Shown: positions 19,885 to 30,072, counted from the first letter of the stretch. The stretch: 64,000 nt of DNA from Candidatus Omnitrophota bacterium (GCA_034723315.1 JAYEOV010000055.1:507-64506); one strand, 5' to 3'. Program-made: numbers and translations. The notes: generated from the sequence alone by a model not told the origin.

Positions 19885-19975
19885 AGAGAAAAATAGGGAC
19901 AGACACCCTATTTTTTAAAGAAAAGAAAATAAATAAAAAATAGGGTGTCTGTCCCTATTTTTCTCGGGATAACAG
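19885..19975. terminator. Pair of inverted small hairpins ('aataggg-acagacac-ccctatt' plus T-runs), bidirectional terminators after rplQ
   Basis: Two copies in opposite orientation at 19890-19916 and 19944-19971, each flanked by A- and T-runs. Confidence 0.6.
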
Positions 19976-19982
19976 GATAAGA

Positions 19983-20606
19983 TCAGCCCATGGACTTACG
20001 ACGGAATCTCCTGAAAAAACCTTTTTTAGTGATCTTTTTCTGTTCAGTTTTCGCCTTTTCCTTTTTGATATCCTCAACGGAACGTTCTTCTTTGGCCTCT
20101 ATATCCACCTCAGGAGCCACGTGAGTTTCAGCCTTCGGTCCTTCTTCCTTCCGGGCAACTTCTCCGGCCGCTTTCTTCTTCTTTGCTTTTTCCTTAGCTT
20201 TTTCCCTGACTTTCTTGACCCCGAGAAGATCCTCGTCTGATATCGTCCTCTTTGTCAGCTCCATGATCGCTACCTGGGCCCCATCCCCTTTTCTGCTGCC
20301 AAGGGCCATGATCCGGGTATACCCTCCTGGAATATCTCTATACAGCGGAGCGATCTCGTCGAAAAGGTTCTTTATCACGTCCTTATCACAAAGCTTGCGA
20401 AAAGCCTGCCTCCTGGCACTGACGGAATCGGGGTTTTTCTTCGCAAGCGTTATCAGCGGCTCCGCGTAACTCCTCAGCGCCTTGGCTTTCGCCATGGTTG
20501 TCTCGATCCTCTGGTAGGTAAAAAGGTCGTTGGTCAGGCTTTTCAATGTAGCTTTCCTGTAGCTAGTCCTCCTGCTGAACCTTCCCTTCTTCTTGCGATG
20601 CCTCAT
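19983..20606 (-). CDS. rplQ: 50S ribosomal protein L17 with ~80-aa K/E-rich C-terminal extension
   Basis: 207 aa. L17 core, then 'KEKAKKKKAAGEVARKEEGPKAE...' tail. Confidence 0.9.
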   Translation of the reverse strand: MRHRKKKGRFSRRTSYRKATLKSLTNDLFTYQRIETTMAKAKALRSYAEPLITLAKKNPDSVSARRQAFRKLCDKDVIKNLFDEIAPLYRDIPGGYTRIMALGSRKGDGAQVAIMELTKRTISDEDLLGVKKVREKAKEKAKKKKAAGEVARKEEGPKAETHVAPEVDIEAKEERSVEDIKKEKAKTEQKKITKKGFFRRFRRKSMG

Positions 20607-20652
20607 CTATCTTACCTTTCTTCTGAATACTTTTGCGAGGCCTGACACCGAT

Positions 20653-21633
20653 TTAATCTTTACCTTCTTCTATCTCCATACCCAGGTGCAGCCCCATTGA
20701 GGAAAGAACGGCGTTAATCTCGTTTAATGATTTCTTTCCGAAATTCTTGTATTTCAGCATTTCCATTTCTTTCTTCTTCACAAGGTCCCCGATCGACCGG
20801 ATGTTGGCCTCGGCAAGGCAATTCGAGCTTCTCACTGACAGTTCAAGTTCTGAGATAGGCTTTGCCAGCTTCTTTTCAAGATCCTTCTTTTCCCTGGATT
20901 CCTCTTCCTCCTCCTCTATTTCCTCGGGCAACTTCCCTATACTGATGAAGACATCAAGATGCCTCTGCAGGATGTTCGCGGCGTAAAGAAGGGTATCCTT
21001 CGGCTCCATGCTTCCGTTGGTGAATATTTCAAGTATGAGTTTATCATAATCGGTTATATGTCCCACCCTGGTATTTTCAACTTCAATGTTGACGCGCTTT
21101 ACCGGTGAGAAATGAGAATCAATAGCGACAACACCGATAGCGTCATTTTCGGTCTTGTTCCTTTCAGAAGGGCAGTATCCCCGGTTCCTTTCCACTTTCA
21201 ATTCTATCTCCAGCTTTGTGTCTTCCGTCAGCGTCGCTATATGGTGGTCCGGGTTTATTATCTCAACCGTTTCATCGGTCTTGATATCCTTCGCCTTGAC
21301 CTCACCTTTTTTGCTCACGCTGAGGAACATCGGCTTTGGATTTTTAAAATGGGACCTGAGGACCAGGCCTTTTATATTCATGATAAGCTGTGTCACGTCT
21401 TCTAAGACTCCCTTGATCGTAGAAAACTCGTGCAGGACGTTCGCGATCTTCACCTGTGTCACAGCCGCACCTTCAATGGACGAAAGCAGGACCCTGCGCA
21501 AAGAGTTCCCTATTGTTATGCCGTACCCCTTTTCAAAGGGTTCCGCGACGACCTTCCCGTAGATCGGAGTATAGGTCTTTTCGTCGAAGATAACTTTTTT
21601 TGGAATTTCAAAGGTCTTCAGCTTTATCCCCAT
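20653..21633 (-). CDS. rpoA: DNA-directed RNA polymerase alpha subunit
   Basis: 326 aa. N-terminal domain (NTD) and C-terminal domain (CTD) motifs. Confidence 0.95.
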   Translation of the reverse strand: MGIKLKTFEIPKKVIFDEKTYTPIYGKVVAEPFEKGYGITIGNSLRRVLLSSIEGAAVTQVKIANVLHEFSTIKGVLEDVTQLIMNIKGLVLRSHFKNPKPMFLSVSKKGEVKAKDIKTDETVEIINPDHHIATLTEDTKLEIELKVERNRGYCPSERNKTENDAIGVVAIDSHFSPVKRVNIEVENTRVGHITDYDKLILEIFTNGSMEPKDTLLYAANILQRHLDVFISIGKLPEEIEEEEEESREKKDLEKKLAKPISELELSVRSSNCLAEANIRSIGDLVKKKEMEMLKYKNFGKKSLNEINAVLSSMGLHLGMEIEEGKD

Positions 21634-21882
21634 AATATATGTCCTCCTTGTAAATAAAAAATATGTTGTTTTTCGGTTTTAGGTTGTGTAACTTGGACCG
21701 TTATTCGTTTCACGGTCGCGTTTTAAAAAACGAATACCCTTCAATTTTCAAGGTTTCCAGCTACGCAACCGATCACCTTTTAACCCGACCACTCAATCGT
21801 TAAAAAACTCAAACATGTCTAATACACCTTACTCGTAGAAGTTTATTGAGACCTTTCGTCTCTGCCATAGCCTGACTCGCGT

Positions 21883-21960
21883 GGAGGACATTTTGCCCCG
21901 AAAACGCAGTCAATGGGTTTTGCAGCCAGCCGCAGTAGAACGGGGTTGTGAAATGGCTTC
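21883..21960 (-). mobile_element. Half copy (one arm, ~78 bp) of the MITE-like element
   Basis: Matches the right arm of copies 2 and 4 ('gaggacattttgccccgaaaacgcagtcaatg...gcagccagccgcagtagaac'). The ORF 21809..22000 in the track is spurious. Confidence 0.7.
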
Positions 21961-21977
21961 TACGTCTGGAACCCACA

Positions 21978-22607
21978 TCATTTCGAATACAACTCGACAA
22001 TAAGGTTCTCTTCGATGACCATGCCGATATCGCTCTTCACGGGCAATCTATTCACCTTTACGGCAAGGTTTTCCGGCGATACCTCTATCCAGTCCGGTAT
22101 CTCTCGGTCCTCGAGTAACTTTGACGTCTCCCTAAAAGCCTTTAACTGCTCGTCGCTTCCCACAAGCTCTATCTTGTCCCCCACCTTGACAAGATAAGAG
22201 GAAATATTGACCTTGCGGCCATTTACCTTGACGAACCTGTGCCCGACTATCTGACGGGCCGCTGACCGGGATGACGCGAAACATGTCCTGTAAACCGTAT
22301 TGTCAAGCCTCCGTTCCAGGAACTGCAGCAGAACTTCGCCGGTCGCGCCTTTGGCCTTCTCAGCTTTCTTGAAATAATTCTTGAACTGTCGCTCAAGTAC
22401 GCCATAGATCCTCTTGGCCTTCTGTTTTTCTCTCAGCTGGATAGCATAATCGGATGGTTTTCTCTTCCGCATCTTGCCATGCTGTCCCGGCGCATATTCC
22501 CTTCTCATAAAAGCGCATTTGTCGGTAGCGCATTTCGTTCCCTTGAGGAACAGCTTCTCGCCCTCCCTCCGGCAAAGCCTGCATGTCGGCGTTATTCTCC
22601 TCGCCAT
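21978..22607 (-). CDS. rpsD: 30S ribosomal protein S4 (start at MARRITPTCRLCRREG)
   Basis: Canonical S4 N-terminus. The ORF in the track is extended upstream. Confidence 0.9.
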   Translation of the reverse strand: MARRITPTCRLCRREGEKLFLKGTKCATDKCAFMRREYAPGQHGKMRKRKPSDYAIQLREKQKAKRIYGVLERQFKNYFKKAEKAKGATGEVLLQFLERRLDNTVYRTCFASSRSAARQIVGHRFVKVNGRKVNISSYLVKVGDKIELVGSDEQLKAFRETSKLLEDREIPDWIEVSPENLAVKVNRLPVKSDIGMVIEENLIVELYSK

Positions 22608-22703
22608 ATATTTTTTCTCCTTATTCTTATTTTTCGTGTCTGGTGCCTTGTGTCCCGCGTTACGCATACAAGACACGGGTCACGGATGACGGAACACTGT
22701 TGC

Positions 22704-23096
22704 TTATACTCTCCTGCGCTTCTTGGGCCTGCAACCGTTATGCGGTGTTGGGGTCACATCCATGATGGTCCGCACATTAAGTCCTTCCGTCCTGATGCTT
22801 CTCACCGCGCTTTCCTTGCCTGACCCCGGGCCCCTGAGAAAGACCTCTACCTCGAATATGCCGTGGGTTCTTGCTTTTTTTACGGCATCCTTGGCCGCTA
22901 TACTGGCGGCAAAGGGCGTAGATTTCCTTGACCCCTTAAACCCGACCGTTCCCGGGGAACTCCAGCACAGGATCTTGCCGTTCGGATCCGTTACCGTAAC
23001 GATCGTGTTGTTAAAGGTCGCATGAACATATACCTTGCCGCTGGAGATCTTTCTTAATATTTTCTTACGTTTTCTTGTTTTTGCTTTCTTCTGCAC
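22704..23096 (-). CDS. rpsK: 30S ribosomal protein S11
   Basis: 130 aa, S11 fold motifs. Confidence 0.95.
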   Translation of the reverse strand: MQKKAKTRKRKKILRKISSGKVYVHATFNNTIVTVTDPNGKILCWSSPGTVGFKGSRKSTPFAASIAAKDAVKKARTHGIFEVEVFLRGPGSGKESAVRSIRTEGLNVRTIMDVTPTPHNGCRPKKRRRV

Positions 23097-23157
23097 GCTA
23101 TTACCTCTCTCTCAATATTCGCGTCATTAAACGAGACCAGACAGTCTGGGACACGAA

Positions 23158-23565
23158 CTACTTGGTTTGCGACGTTTTTCCCGCCGACCTAGCGGCTTTT
23201 TCCTTGAATGCCCCTATTGTCTTTTTAGGACCCTTCCGTGTCCTGGCGTTCGTTTTTGTCCTCTGCCCTCTAACGGGCAGATTCCTTTTATGCCTGAGCC
23301 CCCTGTAAGTGCCTATGGTCATCAGTCTTTTGATATTACCTGCATACAGCCTGCGGAGATCCCCTTCAACCTGGTGGGAATCCTGTATAATACGGGTGAT
23401 CGCAGTTACCTCCTGTTCGTCAAGGTCTTTTGCCCTCTTATCGGGAGAAATACCCGCTTCTTTCAGTATCAGATTGGATTGGGTCCTCCCTATTCCGAAA
23501 ATATAGGTTAAAGCGAACTCTATCCTTTTCTCCTTCGGTATGTCAATTCCAAGAATCCTCGGCAT
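23158..23565 (-). CDS. rpsM: 30S ribosomal protein S13
   Basis: 135 aa. 'ARILGIDIP' start. Confidence 0.95.
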   Translation of the reverse strand: MPRILGIDIPKEKRIEFALTYIFGIGRTQSNLILKEAGISPDKRAKDLDEQEVTAITRIIQDSHQVEGDLRRLYAGNIKRLMTIGTYRGLRHKRNLPVRGQRTKTNARTRKGPKKTIGAFKEKAARSAGKTSQTK

Positions 23566-23655
23566 TTCTTCTCCTTATCGATAAATATTCATTAAAAAAT
23601 AAGCGTTTTTTCTCAACAACTCAATTTTCTTATTTTTTTTAATTTTTAATTTACC

Positions 23656-23769
23656 CTATCCCTGCCTCTGTTTATGCTTAGGGTCTTTGCAGATAACCCT
23701 TACCACGCCTTTTCTTCGCACGATCTTGCATTTTGAACACATTTTTCTTACACTCGGCCTGACTTTCAT
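23656..23769 (-). CDS. rpmJ: 50S ribosomal protein L36 (zinc ribbon), 37 aa
   Basis: Hand-translated: [37 protein letters not shown]. Not in the ORF track because it is under 60 aa. Confidence 0.9.
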   Translation of the reverse strand: MKVRPSVRKMCSKCKIVRRKGVVRVICKDPKHKQRQG

Positions 23770-23771
23770 GA

Positions 23772-23993
23772 CTATTTCTCTCTTTTTATGATCCTTCCTC
23801 TGTCCAGATCATAAGGTGACAGTTCCACTGTCACCTTATCTCCCGGGACTATCCTGATAAAATACATCCTCATCTTTCCCGAAACATGAGCGAGAACAAT
23901 GTGGCCGTTCTCCAGCTTGACTCTGAACATCGCGTTCGGCAATGTCTCTGTTATCTCTCCCTCAGCAACAATCGGTTCTTCCTTTGGACTCAT
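23772..23993 (-). CDS. infA: Translation initiation factor IF-1
   Basis: 73 aa, S1-like fold, '[16 protein letters not shown]'. Confidence 0.95.
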   Translation of the reverse strand: MSPKEEPIVAEGEITETLPNAMFRVKLENGHIVLAHVSGKMRMYFIRIVPGDKVTVELSPYDLDRGRIIKREK

Positions 23994-24733
23994 GTTATTA
24001 TCTCCGCTTTTTTTGACCCGACTATGATCGTATCCTCAAAATGTGCCGATAGCTCACCGTCGATCGTCACAGCCGTCCACCCGTCCGGCAGTATCCGGAC
24101 CTTTCTTGTTCCGCGATTGATCATCGGCTCTATAGCAAGGACCAGACCCTCTTTGAGCACGGGACCTTTACCCTTTTCGCCCCAGTTCGGCACTTCGGGC
24201 GGCTCGTGCAGGTGGATCCCTATCCCGTGTCCCACGAACGCCCTGACCTCCTGGAACCCGGACATCCGGGCGACTGACTGGATCGCGTTCGATATATCGG
24301 AAATCCTGTTGCCCGCGACAGCCTTTCTTATACCCTCATCCAGGCTCTCTTTCGTGACCTCTATAAGCCGTTGTGCCTTTTCGCTGATCTTTCCGACCGA
24401 AAAGGTCCTTGTCGCGTCCGTATAAAAACCGTTCTTCCTAACGCCCACGTCAATGCCGACTATGTCACCCCTGGCCAGTGTGACTTTATCTGACGGGATG
24501 CCGTGCACCACAACATCATTGATCGAAACGCATATTGACGCTGGATAACCCCTATACCCCTTGAACGCGGGTTCACCGCCGTTTTCGCGGATGATGTTTT
24601 CAGCCTCCCGGTCAAGCGCCGATGTCGAGATCCCTTCTTTTATAATTTTTTTAACCCGGGAAAAGACCTCTTTAATTACCTCCCCGCATTCCCGGATCTT
24701 GCAAATATCCTCTTTATTTTTCAGAATCGTCAT
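23990..24733 (-). CDS. map: Methionine aminopeptidase type I
   Basis: 247 aa, metal-ligand motifs. Confidence 0.9.
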   Translation of the reverse strand: MTILKNKEDICKIRECGEVIKEVFSRVKKIIKEGISTSALDREAENIIRENGGEPAFKGYRGYPASICVSINDVVVHGIPSDKVTLARGDIVGIDVGVRKNGFYTDATRTFSVGKISEKAQRLIEVTKESLDEGIRKAVAGNRISDISNAIQSVARMSGFQEVRAFVGHGIGIHLHEPPEVPNWGEKGKGPVLKEGLVLAIEPMINRGTRKVRILPDGWTAVTIDGELSAHFEDTIIVGSKKAEIIT

Positions 24734-25406
24734 TTATCAGACCTTCTCTCCGGAAAAGGGCACCTATGTCCTCAAAGAGCCTATCAGCCGAAATATCGCC
24801 ATCGACCTGCCACAGCAGGCCTTTTTCCTCATAATAGGCACTGAGGTCCTTCGTGCGTTGTTCGTATATTTTCAGGCGGTTCCTTACGATTTCAGGGTTA
24901 TCATCCTCGCGCTGCACGAGCTCGGCGCCGCATAGATCACATATGCCTTCCTTTTTCGGAGGCATGTTCGTTACATGATAATTTTTACCGCATTTTGAAC
25001 ATATCAGGCGTCCCGAAAGCCTCTGAACTGCAACTTCTTCGGACGTCTTCAGGTAGAGAACCATATCCAGGCACCCGTTCTCATTCTTTAGCGAGCTGTC
25101 CAGCGACTCAGCCTGAGCGCGCGTCCTCGGATACCCGTCAAGGATAACTCCACCAGCTGCATTCTTTTTCCCCATACGGTCGATCACGGCTTTCGTTACG
25201 ATATTATCCGGGACCAGCTCTCCCCTGTTCATATAGCTCTGGGCCTGCATGCCGGCCTCGCTGCCTTCCTTAATCGCCTCGCGCAGCATATCCCCGGTTG
25301 AAATATGCAGCAGGTGGTACGCTTTAGCCAGAAGAATAGCCTGGGTCCCCTTGCCCGCGCCCGGAGGACCGAGAAGAACAAGGTTCAAAGGATGCGAATC
25401 CGTCAT
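24714..25406 (-). CDS. adk: Adenylate kinase (zinc-lid type)
   Basis: 'GPPGAGKGTQA'. Lid CxxC...CxxC. Confidence 0.95.
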   Translation of the reverse strand: MTDSHPLNLVLLGPPGAGKGTQAILLAKAYHLLHISTGDMLREAIKEGSEAGMQAQSYMNRGELVPDNIVTKAVIDRMGKKNAAGGVILDGYPRTRAQAESLDSSLKNENGCLDMVLYLKTSEEVAVQRLSGRLICSKCGKNYHVTNMPPKKEGICDLCGAELVQREDDNPEIVRNRLKIYEQRTKDLSAYYEEKGLLWQVDGDISADRLFEDIGALFRREGLINDDSEK

Positions 25407-26752
25407 CCCAGACGCCCCCTTACTCTTCCTTTTTTCATGAACCCCTCATAATGTCTCATGAGCATGTGGGATTCTATTTGCCGCATTGTATCCAGCATGA
25501 CGCCCACAACGATAAGAAGCCCGGTCCCTCCGAAAAAACTGGCAACGAGAAAAGGTATCCCGAGCTGACCGTTTATTACACTCGGCAATACCGCTATGAT
25601 CGTAAGAAAGATCGCGCCGGGTAATGTTATCCGGGTCATTATAAAATCAAGATACTCCGCGGTCTGTTTACCCGGTCTTATGCCGGGGACGAACCCCCCG
25701 AAACGTTTCATGTTATTCGCCATGTCAACAGGGTTAAACGTTATGGCGGCGTAAAAATAACAGAAAAACAGTATGAGCAGCGAATATACCACATAGTAAA
25801 GGGGTCTCCCCATCATGAGAGAACTCGCCATGCTCTGGAGGGCCCGGTGCGGCACGAAACCCGCAATGGTCGCCGGGAACAATATTATCGATTGAGCGAA
25901 TATAATGGGAATAACTCCACTCTGGTTCACCCTTAACGGTATATATGTGCTCTGTCCTCCGTATATCTTGCGGCCAACAACCCTTTTAGCATACTGGATC
26001 GGGATCTTCCTCTGGCCCTGGGTGATCATGACAACGGCAACTATTACCGCCACGAACATAAACGCAAGAAAGACGATCTTAAAAGGATCTATCTGTGCCT
26101 GACCCTGCGTGCCTGGTGTAGCCAGAGATATCAGCTGGATCAGCGCCGCAGGGAGCCTTGAGATGATACCTGCCGTTATGATCAGCGAAATACCGTTTCC
26201 TATCCCTTTTTCCTGTATCTGTTCCCCCAGCCACATTATAAAAGCAGTGCCGGTAGTAAGAGTTATGACGGTAAGTATGCGGAAACCCCAGCCCGGATAC
26301 TGCACTATCTGCAAACCCTGGAACCTGGCGGGGTTTTCAAGCCACAAAGCGATGAAAAACGCCTGTATTACGGATAAAACGACCGTGCCGTACCTTGTAT
26401 ACTGCGTTATCGCCTTGCGGCCTTCGTCCCCCTGCCTTGCAAGGCGCTCCAGGGCCGGGATGACAGTTGTCAACAGCTGCAGGATGATGGATGCCGATAT
26501 GTACGGCATGATCCCCAGCGCGAATATGGTCAACCTCTGCATGGCGCCCCCGGAGAACATGTTCATGATCCCGAAAAGCGTCCCGCCCTGGGTCCTGGCG
26601 ATATTATCAAAGAACTGAGCGAGCTTCGCGCCGTCTATACCGGGAGTTGGGACGAAAGCCCCTATCCTGAAAACGGCGATAAGCCCGAGCGTGAAAAGGA
26701 TCTTCTTTTTCAGATCGGGTATTTTGAGAATATTTGTCAACGCCTCAAACAC
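25403..26752 (-). CDS. secY: Preprotein translocase SecY
   Basis: 449 aa, 10-TM SecY. Confidence 0.95.
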   Translation of the reverse strand: MFEALTNILKIPDLKKKILFTLGLIAVFRIGAFVPTPGIDGAKLAQFFDNIARTQGGTLFGIMNMFSGGAMQRLTIFALGIMPYISASIILQLLTTVIPALERLARQGDEGRKAITQYTRYGTVVLSVIQAFFIALWLENPARFQGLQIVQYPGWGFRILTVITLTTGTAFIMWLGEQIQEKGIGNGISLIITAGIISRLPAALIQLISLATPGTQGQAQIDPFKIVFLAFMFVAVIVAVVMITQGQRKIPIQYAKRVVGRKIYGGQSTYIPLRVNQSGVIPIIFAQSIILFPATIAGFVPHRALQSMASSLMMGRPLYYVVYSLLILFFCYFYAAITFNPVDMANNMKRFGGFVPGIRPGKQTAEYLDFIMTRITLPGAIFLTIIAVLPSVINGQLGIPFLVASFFGGTGLLIVVGVMLDTMRQIESHMLMRHYEGFMKKGRVRGRLG

Positions 26753-26764
26753 GTTCTCTCCTTA

Positions 26765-26860
26765 TAAGACCATTGTGTGATTGATTACAGTGATTTTAAA
26801 AAGATTACAGTGATTCCTCGATAGTAAACAATCTCCGTAATCCAACCGTTAATCTCCGTA
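26765..26860. repeat. Direct word repeats 'gattacagtgatt' x2 and 'aatctccgtaatc' x2 between rplO and secY
   Basis: Read directly. A 116-nt spacer where these genes are normally adjacent. Confidence 0.6.
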
Positions 26861-26868
26861 ATCATTAT

Positions 26869-27363
26869 CTAGGATCCGGATTCTGTCTTGTCTTTCTTAA
26901 CTTTCAGGCTCACAACTTCAACCTTCCCGCCTGCTTCCTCGATCGATTTCCTCGCGCCGGCGGAAAAGGCGTCTGCTTTTACCGTTATCGCTTTATCCAG
27001 CTTTCCTTTGCCCAGGACCTTGAAAGGCAGTCTCTTTTTCCTGAGTATCTTTTTAGCTACCAGGAATTCCTTGTCAACTACGGACCCGTCCACTATCAGA
27101 GTGGTCTTCTGCAAAGTATCTATGTTGACAACGCTCCACTCTCGCCTGAACTTATTGGTAAACCCTCTTTTGGGGACACGCCTGACAAGGGGCATCTGCC
27201 CGCCCTCAAACCCGGGGGTATAAACACCTCCACCGGACCTTTGTTTCGCGCCTTTATGGCCGCGCCCGCTTGTCTTTCCCCGCCCGGACCCTACACCGCG
27301 GCCTTTGCGTTTACTGTTGCCCTTACTGCGGGGCCTCCTTATATCCTGTAGTCTCAAACCCAT
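26869..27363 (-). CDS. rplO: 50S ribosomal protein L15
   Basis: 164 aa, glycine-rich N-terminus. Confidence 0.95.
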   Translation of the reverse strand: MGLRLQDIRRPRSKGNSKRKGRGVGSGRGKTSGRGHKGAKQRSGGGVYTPGFEGGQMPLVRRVPKRGFTNKFRREWSVVNIDTLQKTTLIVDGSVVDKEFLVAKKILRKKRLPFKVLGKGKLDKAITVKADAFSAGARKSIEEAGGKVEVVSLKVKKDKTESGS

Positions 27364-27475
27364 TCTTTCAATCCTCAGTTTTCAAAAAAGAAAATTCCTA
27401 CTATATTAAATTACATTCGTTCTCAGTCCCGGCGCTTGTGTCCCTTACCTTGAACCCAAAACCCGGAAACCAGAT

Positions 27476-28135
27476 CTATCCCCTTCTCCTCAACCGAAGC
27501 CGCTCAAAACCGTCTATCGCGGCCCTTATCACGTTTATGGGATTTCGGGAACCGAGACTTTTCGTAAGAATATTCTTGATGCCTGCGGCATCACAAAGAG
27601 CTCTCACCGGCCCACCGGCGATCACCCCCGTTCCGGGTCCCGCGGGTTTCAGCAGCACCTTCGTTGCTTTGAACCTTCCGATAACCTCGTGGGGTATCGT
27701 ATCCCCTCTCATTTTCACTTTAATAAAATTCAGCTTCGCTTTAGCGGCGCCTTTCTTTATCGCCTCGGCAACCTCGTTGGATTTCCCGAAACCTACACCG
27801 ACCTCTCCTTTCCCATCACCGGCGATAACCAGGGCGCTGAACGAAAAGTTCTTGCCGCCCTTAACGACCTTTGCAACCCTGTTTATCTTCACAACGCGTT
27901 CAATGCGCTCGCCTTCAGCCTTCTCTTCGGCTCCCGGCCTCTCAGAAACACCATGAGGTGTTTTACCTTCTTTTCTGGACGCCTCATTTCCGGTCTCAGG
28001 ACCAATTCCCCGTTTGTCTTCGGCTGAAACGGACTCAGCGGCCTCACCGGCGTCCCCGCCGGGATCTTTACCGCCCTTTACGACCGTATTTTCCTTTTTC
28101 TTCGCTTCCAGATCCATTCTTTCCTCGTCAGACAT
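27476..28135 (-). CDS. rpsE: 30S ribosomal protein S5 with ~75-aa E/K/G-rich N-terminal extension
   Basis: 219 aa. S5 core '[16 protein letters not shown]'. Strong RBS 'AGGAGG' 5 nt upstream of the ATG at 28135 supports the long form. Confidence 0.9.
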   Translation of the reverse strand: MSDEERMDLEAKKKENTVVKGGKDPGGDAGEAAESVSAEDKRGIGPETGNEASRKEGKTPHGVSERPGAEEKAEGERIERVVKINRVAKVVKGGKNFSFSALVIAGDGKGEVGVGFGKSNEVAEAIKKGAAKAKLNFIKVKMRGDTIPHEVIGRFKATKVLLKPAGPGTGVIAGGPVRALCDAAGIKNILTKSLGSRNPINVIRAAIDGFERLRLRRRG

Positions 28136-28147
28136 CTATCCTCCTAA

Positions 28148-28480
28148 ATAATGAGGCCATAACTTATGGAGCCCTTCGACAGGCTCAGGATAAACGGAGC
28201 GACATAAGTTGTAAAGCCGAATTTATGCACAGCTAAATGAGGTCACAACTTATGGAACCCCGGTACTCCGCCCGGGATAAACTCCGTAAACATAAGTTGT
28301 ATGGCCGAATTCCCTGGCCAATTAGAGAAACGCCGATGCCAGGGCCCCTGTAAGTTTAGCGGGGAAGAATAACACGATGTATGCAAATCTAAATGAGACC
28401 TCAATTTAACGAAATGCGGCAAAATTAAGTTGCACTGTCGAATTTACCCCGAACCCTGAAAGGGTGCGGGGCTTTGCAAA
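28148..28480. repeat. Three tandem, degenerate ~95-nt hairpin-forming repeats ('aaatgaggYcacaacttatgg...cataagttgt...gccgaattt') filling the rplR-rpsE spacer
   Basis: Units start ~28148, ~28237 and ~28393. A related compact copy sits at 53219-53272 downstream of rpmG. Confidence 0.7.
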
Positions 28481-28525
28481 CTAATGATATACAAGCATCA
28501 CCACGCTCGTAAATCATGTGCTTAT

Positions 28526-28891
28526 TTAGAACTTCAGACCGTGCTCCCTGGCCGCGTTCGCCAGAGCTTTTATGGTACCGTGATACCTGTAGCCCCCCCT
28601 GTCGAACGCCACTTTCTTTATACCTTTTTTCCCGGCGACCTTGGCTATCTCCTCCCCCAGCGCAGAGGCAAATTTCATGTTCTTGCGCGTTCCCGATTCC
28701 GTTTTGACCCAGGATGCGGACAACTTTTTCGTCGAAACCCCGCATATGGTCTTGCCCTCCACATCGTCAATTACCTGGACATAAATGTTCTTGTTGCTCT
28801 TGTGCACGCTCATCCTGGGCTGTTCGGAGGTCCCGGAAATCCTTTTTCTTATCGATCTCTTTCGCCTTTCTCTTCTCTGTTTTTTATCCAT
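28526..28891 (-). CDS. rplR: 50S ribosomal protein L18
   Basis: 121 aa. Confidence 0.95.
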   Translation of the reverse strand: MDKKQRRERRKRSIRKRISGTSEQPRMSVHKSNKNIYVQVIDDVEGKTICGVSTKKLSASWVKTESGTRKNMKFASALGEEIAKVAGKKGIKKVAFDRGGYRYHGTIKALANAAREHGLKF

Positions 28892-28953
28892 CTTTTTTTC
28901 TTATCGTATATGTTCCGGCCTTAAAACTACACATTTGATACGCGAGGGCAAAA

Positions 28954-29490
28954 TCAGGCTATGCTCTTGCCCTGCTTCTGCCTCACATACTCTCCCTCGT
29001 ACCTGATTCCCTTACCTTTGTAAGGCTCGGGAGGATAAAAGTTCCTGATCTCGGCCGCTACCTCGCCGACCTTCTGTTTGTCCATCCCTTTAACTACTAT
29101 ATCCGTGGGGCTTGGTGTCTCTATGGTAATATCTTCTGGAGGGGTATAATTGAGGCTATGTGAAAATCCGATGTCAACGACCAGTGTCTTCCCCTTTATC
29201 TGGGACTTATACCCAACCCCCTGGATCTTCAGCTTCTTCTCGAACCCTTCCGTCAGCCCCGTTACCATATTTTGGATAAGGCTCCTCGTGGTGCCGTGCA
29301 AGGCCCTGTGCTCCCTTGAATCCGACGGCCTTTTGACCAGAATCTTTTTGTCTTCTACCACGGCCGTAAAACCATCGGGGATAACATGTTCAAGCGTTTT
29401 TCCCTTGCCTTCTATTTTTACCCTGTTCCCTTCTATGGTTACTTTTATTCCACTCGGGATATCTACAAGGCGCCTTCCAACTCTTGACAT
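28954..29490 (-). CDS. rplF: 50S ribosomal protein L6
   Basis: 178 aa. Confidence 0.95.
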   Translation of the reverse strand: MSRVGRRLVDIPSGIKVTIEGNRVKIEGKGKTLEHVIPDGFTAVVEDKKILVKRPSDSREHRALHGTTRSLIQNMVTGLTEGFEKKLKIQGVGYKSQIKGKTLVVDIGFSHSLNYTPPEDITIETPSPTDIVVKGMDKQKVGEVAAEIRNFYPPEPYKGKGIRYEGEYVRQKQGKSIA

Positions 29491-29609
29491 CTATTTTCTC
29501 TCCTTTAACCTCAGATCCTTCGACTCGGTCGCACAGTTGCTCCCTCGCTCAGAATAAATTCGCACTTATGATTTACTCTCACTATCGTGTTCGTAAATCA
29601 TGTGCTCAT

Positions 29610-30008
29610 TTACCAAATCTGACAGAGAAGTTCTCCGCCCAGACCCTGCTCTCTTGCCTCCCTGTCCGTCAACAATCCTTTACTCGTGGAAAGGACCGCT
29701 ATGCCAACCCCCCCCATCACGCTTCTTATTTTTTTCGCGGGAACATACTGCCGCCGGCCGGGTTTTGAGATCTTCTTGAGGTTCTCCATTACCGGTTTTC
29801 CGTCCTCAAGATATTTCAAGTAAATCTTTATCTGGTCCTGCTTGTTATCTTCGATAACAGCATAATTTTCGATAAAACCCTCTTTTTTAGCGATCCCCAT
29901 GATTGATTCGAGGGTGCCGGATCGCTTTATAATAGCGGTTTTTTTACCCGCCATTATGGCGTTCCGTATCACCGTAAGCTGATCCGCGATCAAATCCGTA
30001 ATACTCAT
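29610..30008 (-). CDS. rpsH: 30S ribosomal protein S8 (start at MSITDLIADQL; RBS GAGGAG)
   Basis: The ORF in the track is extended to 30047. Confidence 0.9.
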   Translation of the reverse strand: MSITDLIADQLTVIRNAIMAGKKTAIIKRSGTLESIMGIAKKEGFIENYAVIEDNKQDQIKIYLKYLEDGKPVMENLKKISKPGRRQYVPAKKIRSVMGGVGIAVLSTSKGLLTDREAREQGLGGELLCQIW

Positions 30009-30016
30009 ATATCTTC

Positions 30017-30065
30017 TCCTCTGTTTCGTCGCTCGTGAATCGTACACGGGTCACGAGACACGAGT
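30017..30065. repeat. 'cgtga' word-repeat hairpin between rpsZ and rpsH
   Basis: 'gtcgctcgtgaatcgtacacgggtcacgagacacgagtcacg'. Confidence 0.6.
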
Positions 30066-30072
30066 CACGAAA

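Noticed and set aside
28237-28360. Small plus-strand peptides (MEPFDRLRINGAT, a 38-aa MRSQLMEPRY...) inside the rplR-rpsE repeats
   Set aside because: They are on the strand with no other genes, have no RBS, and the apparent conservation follows the nucleotide repeat. An RNA element is more likely.
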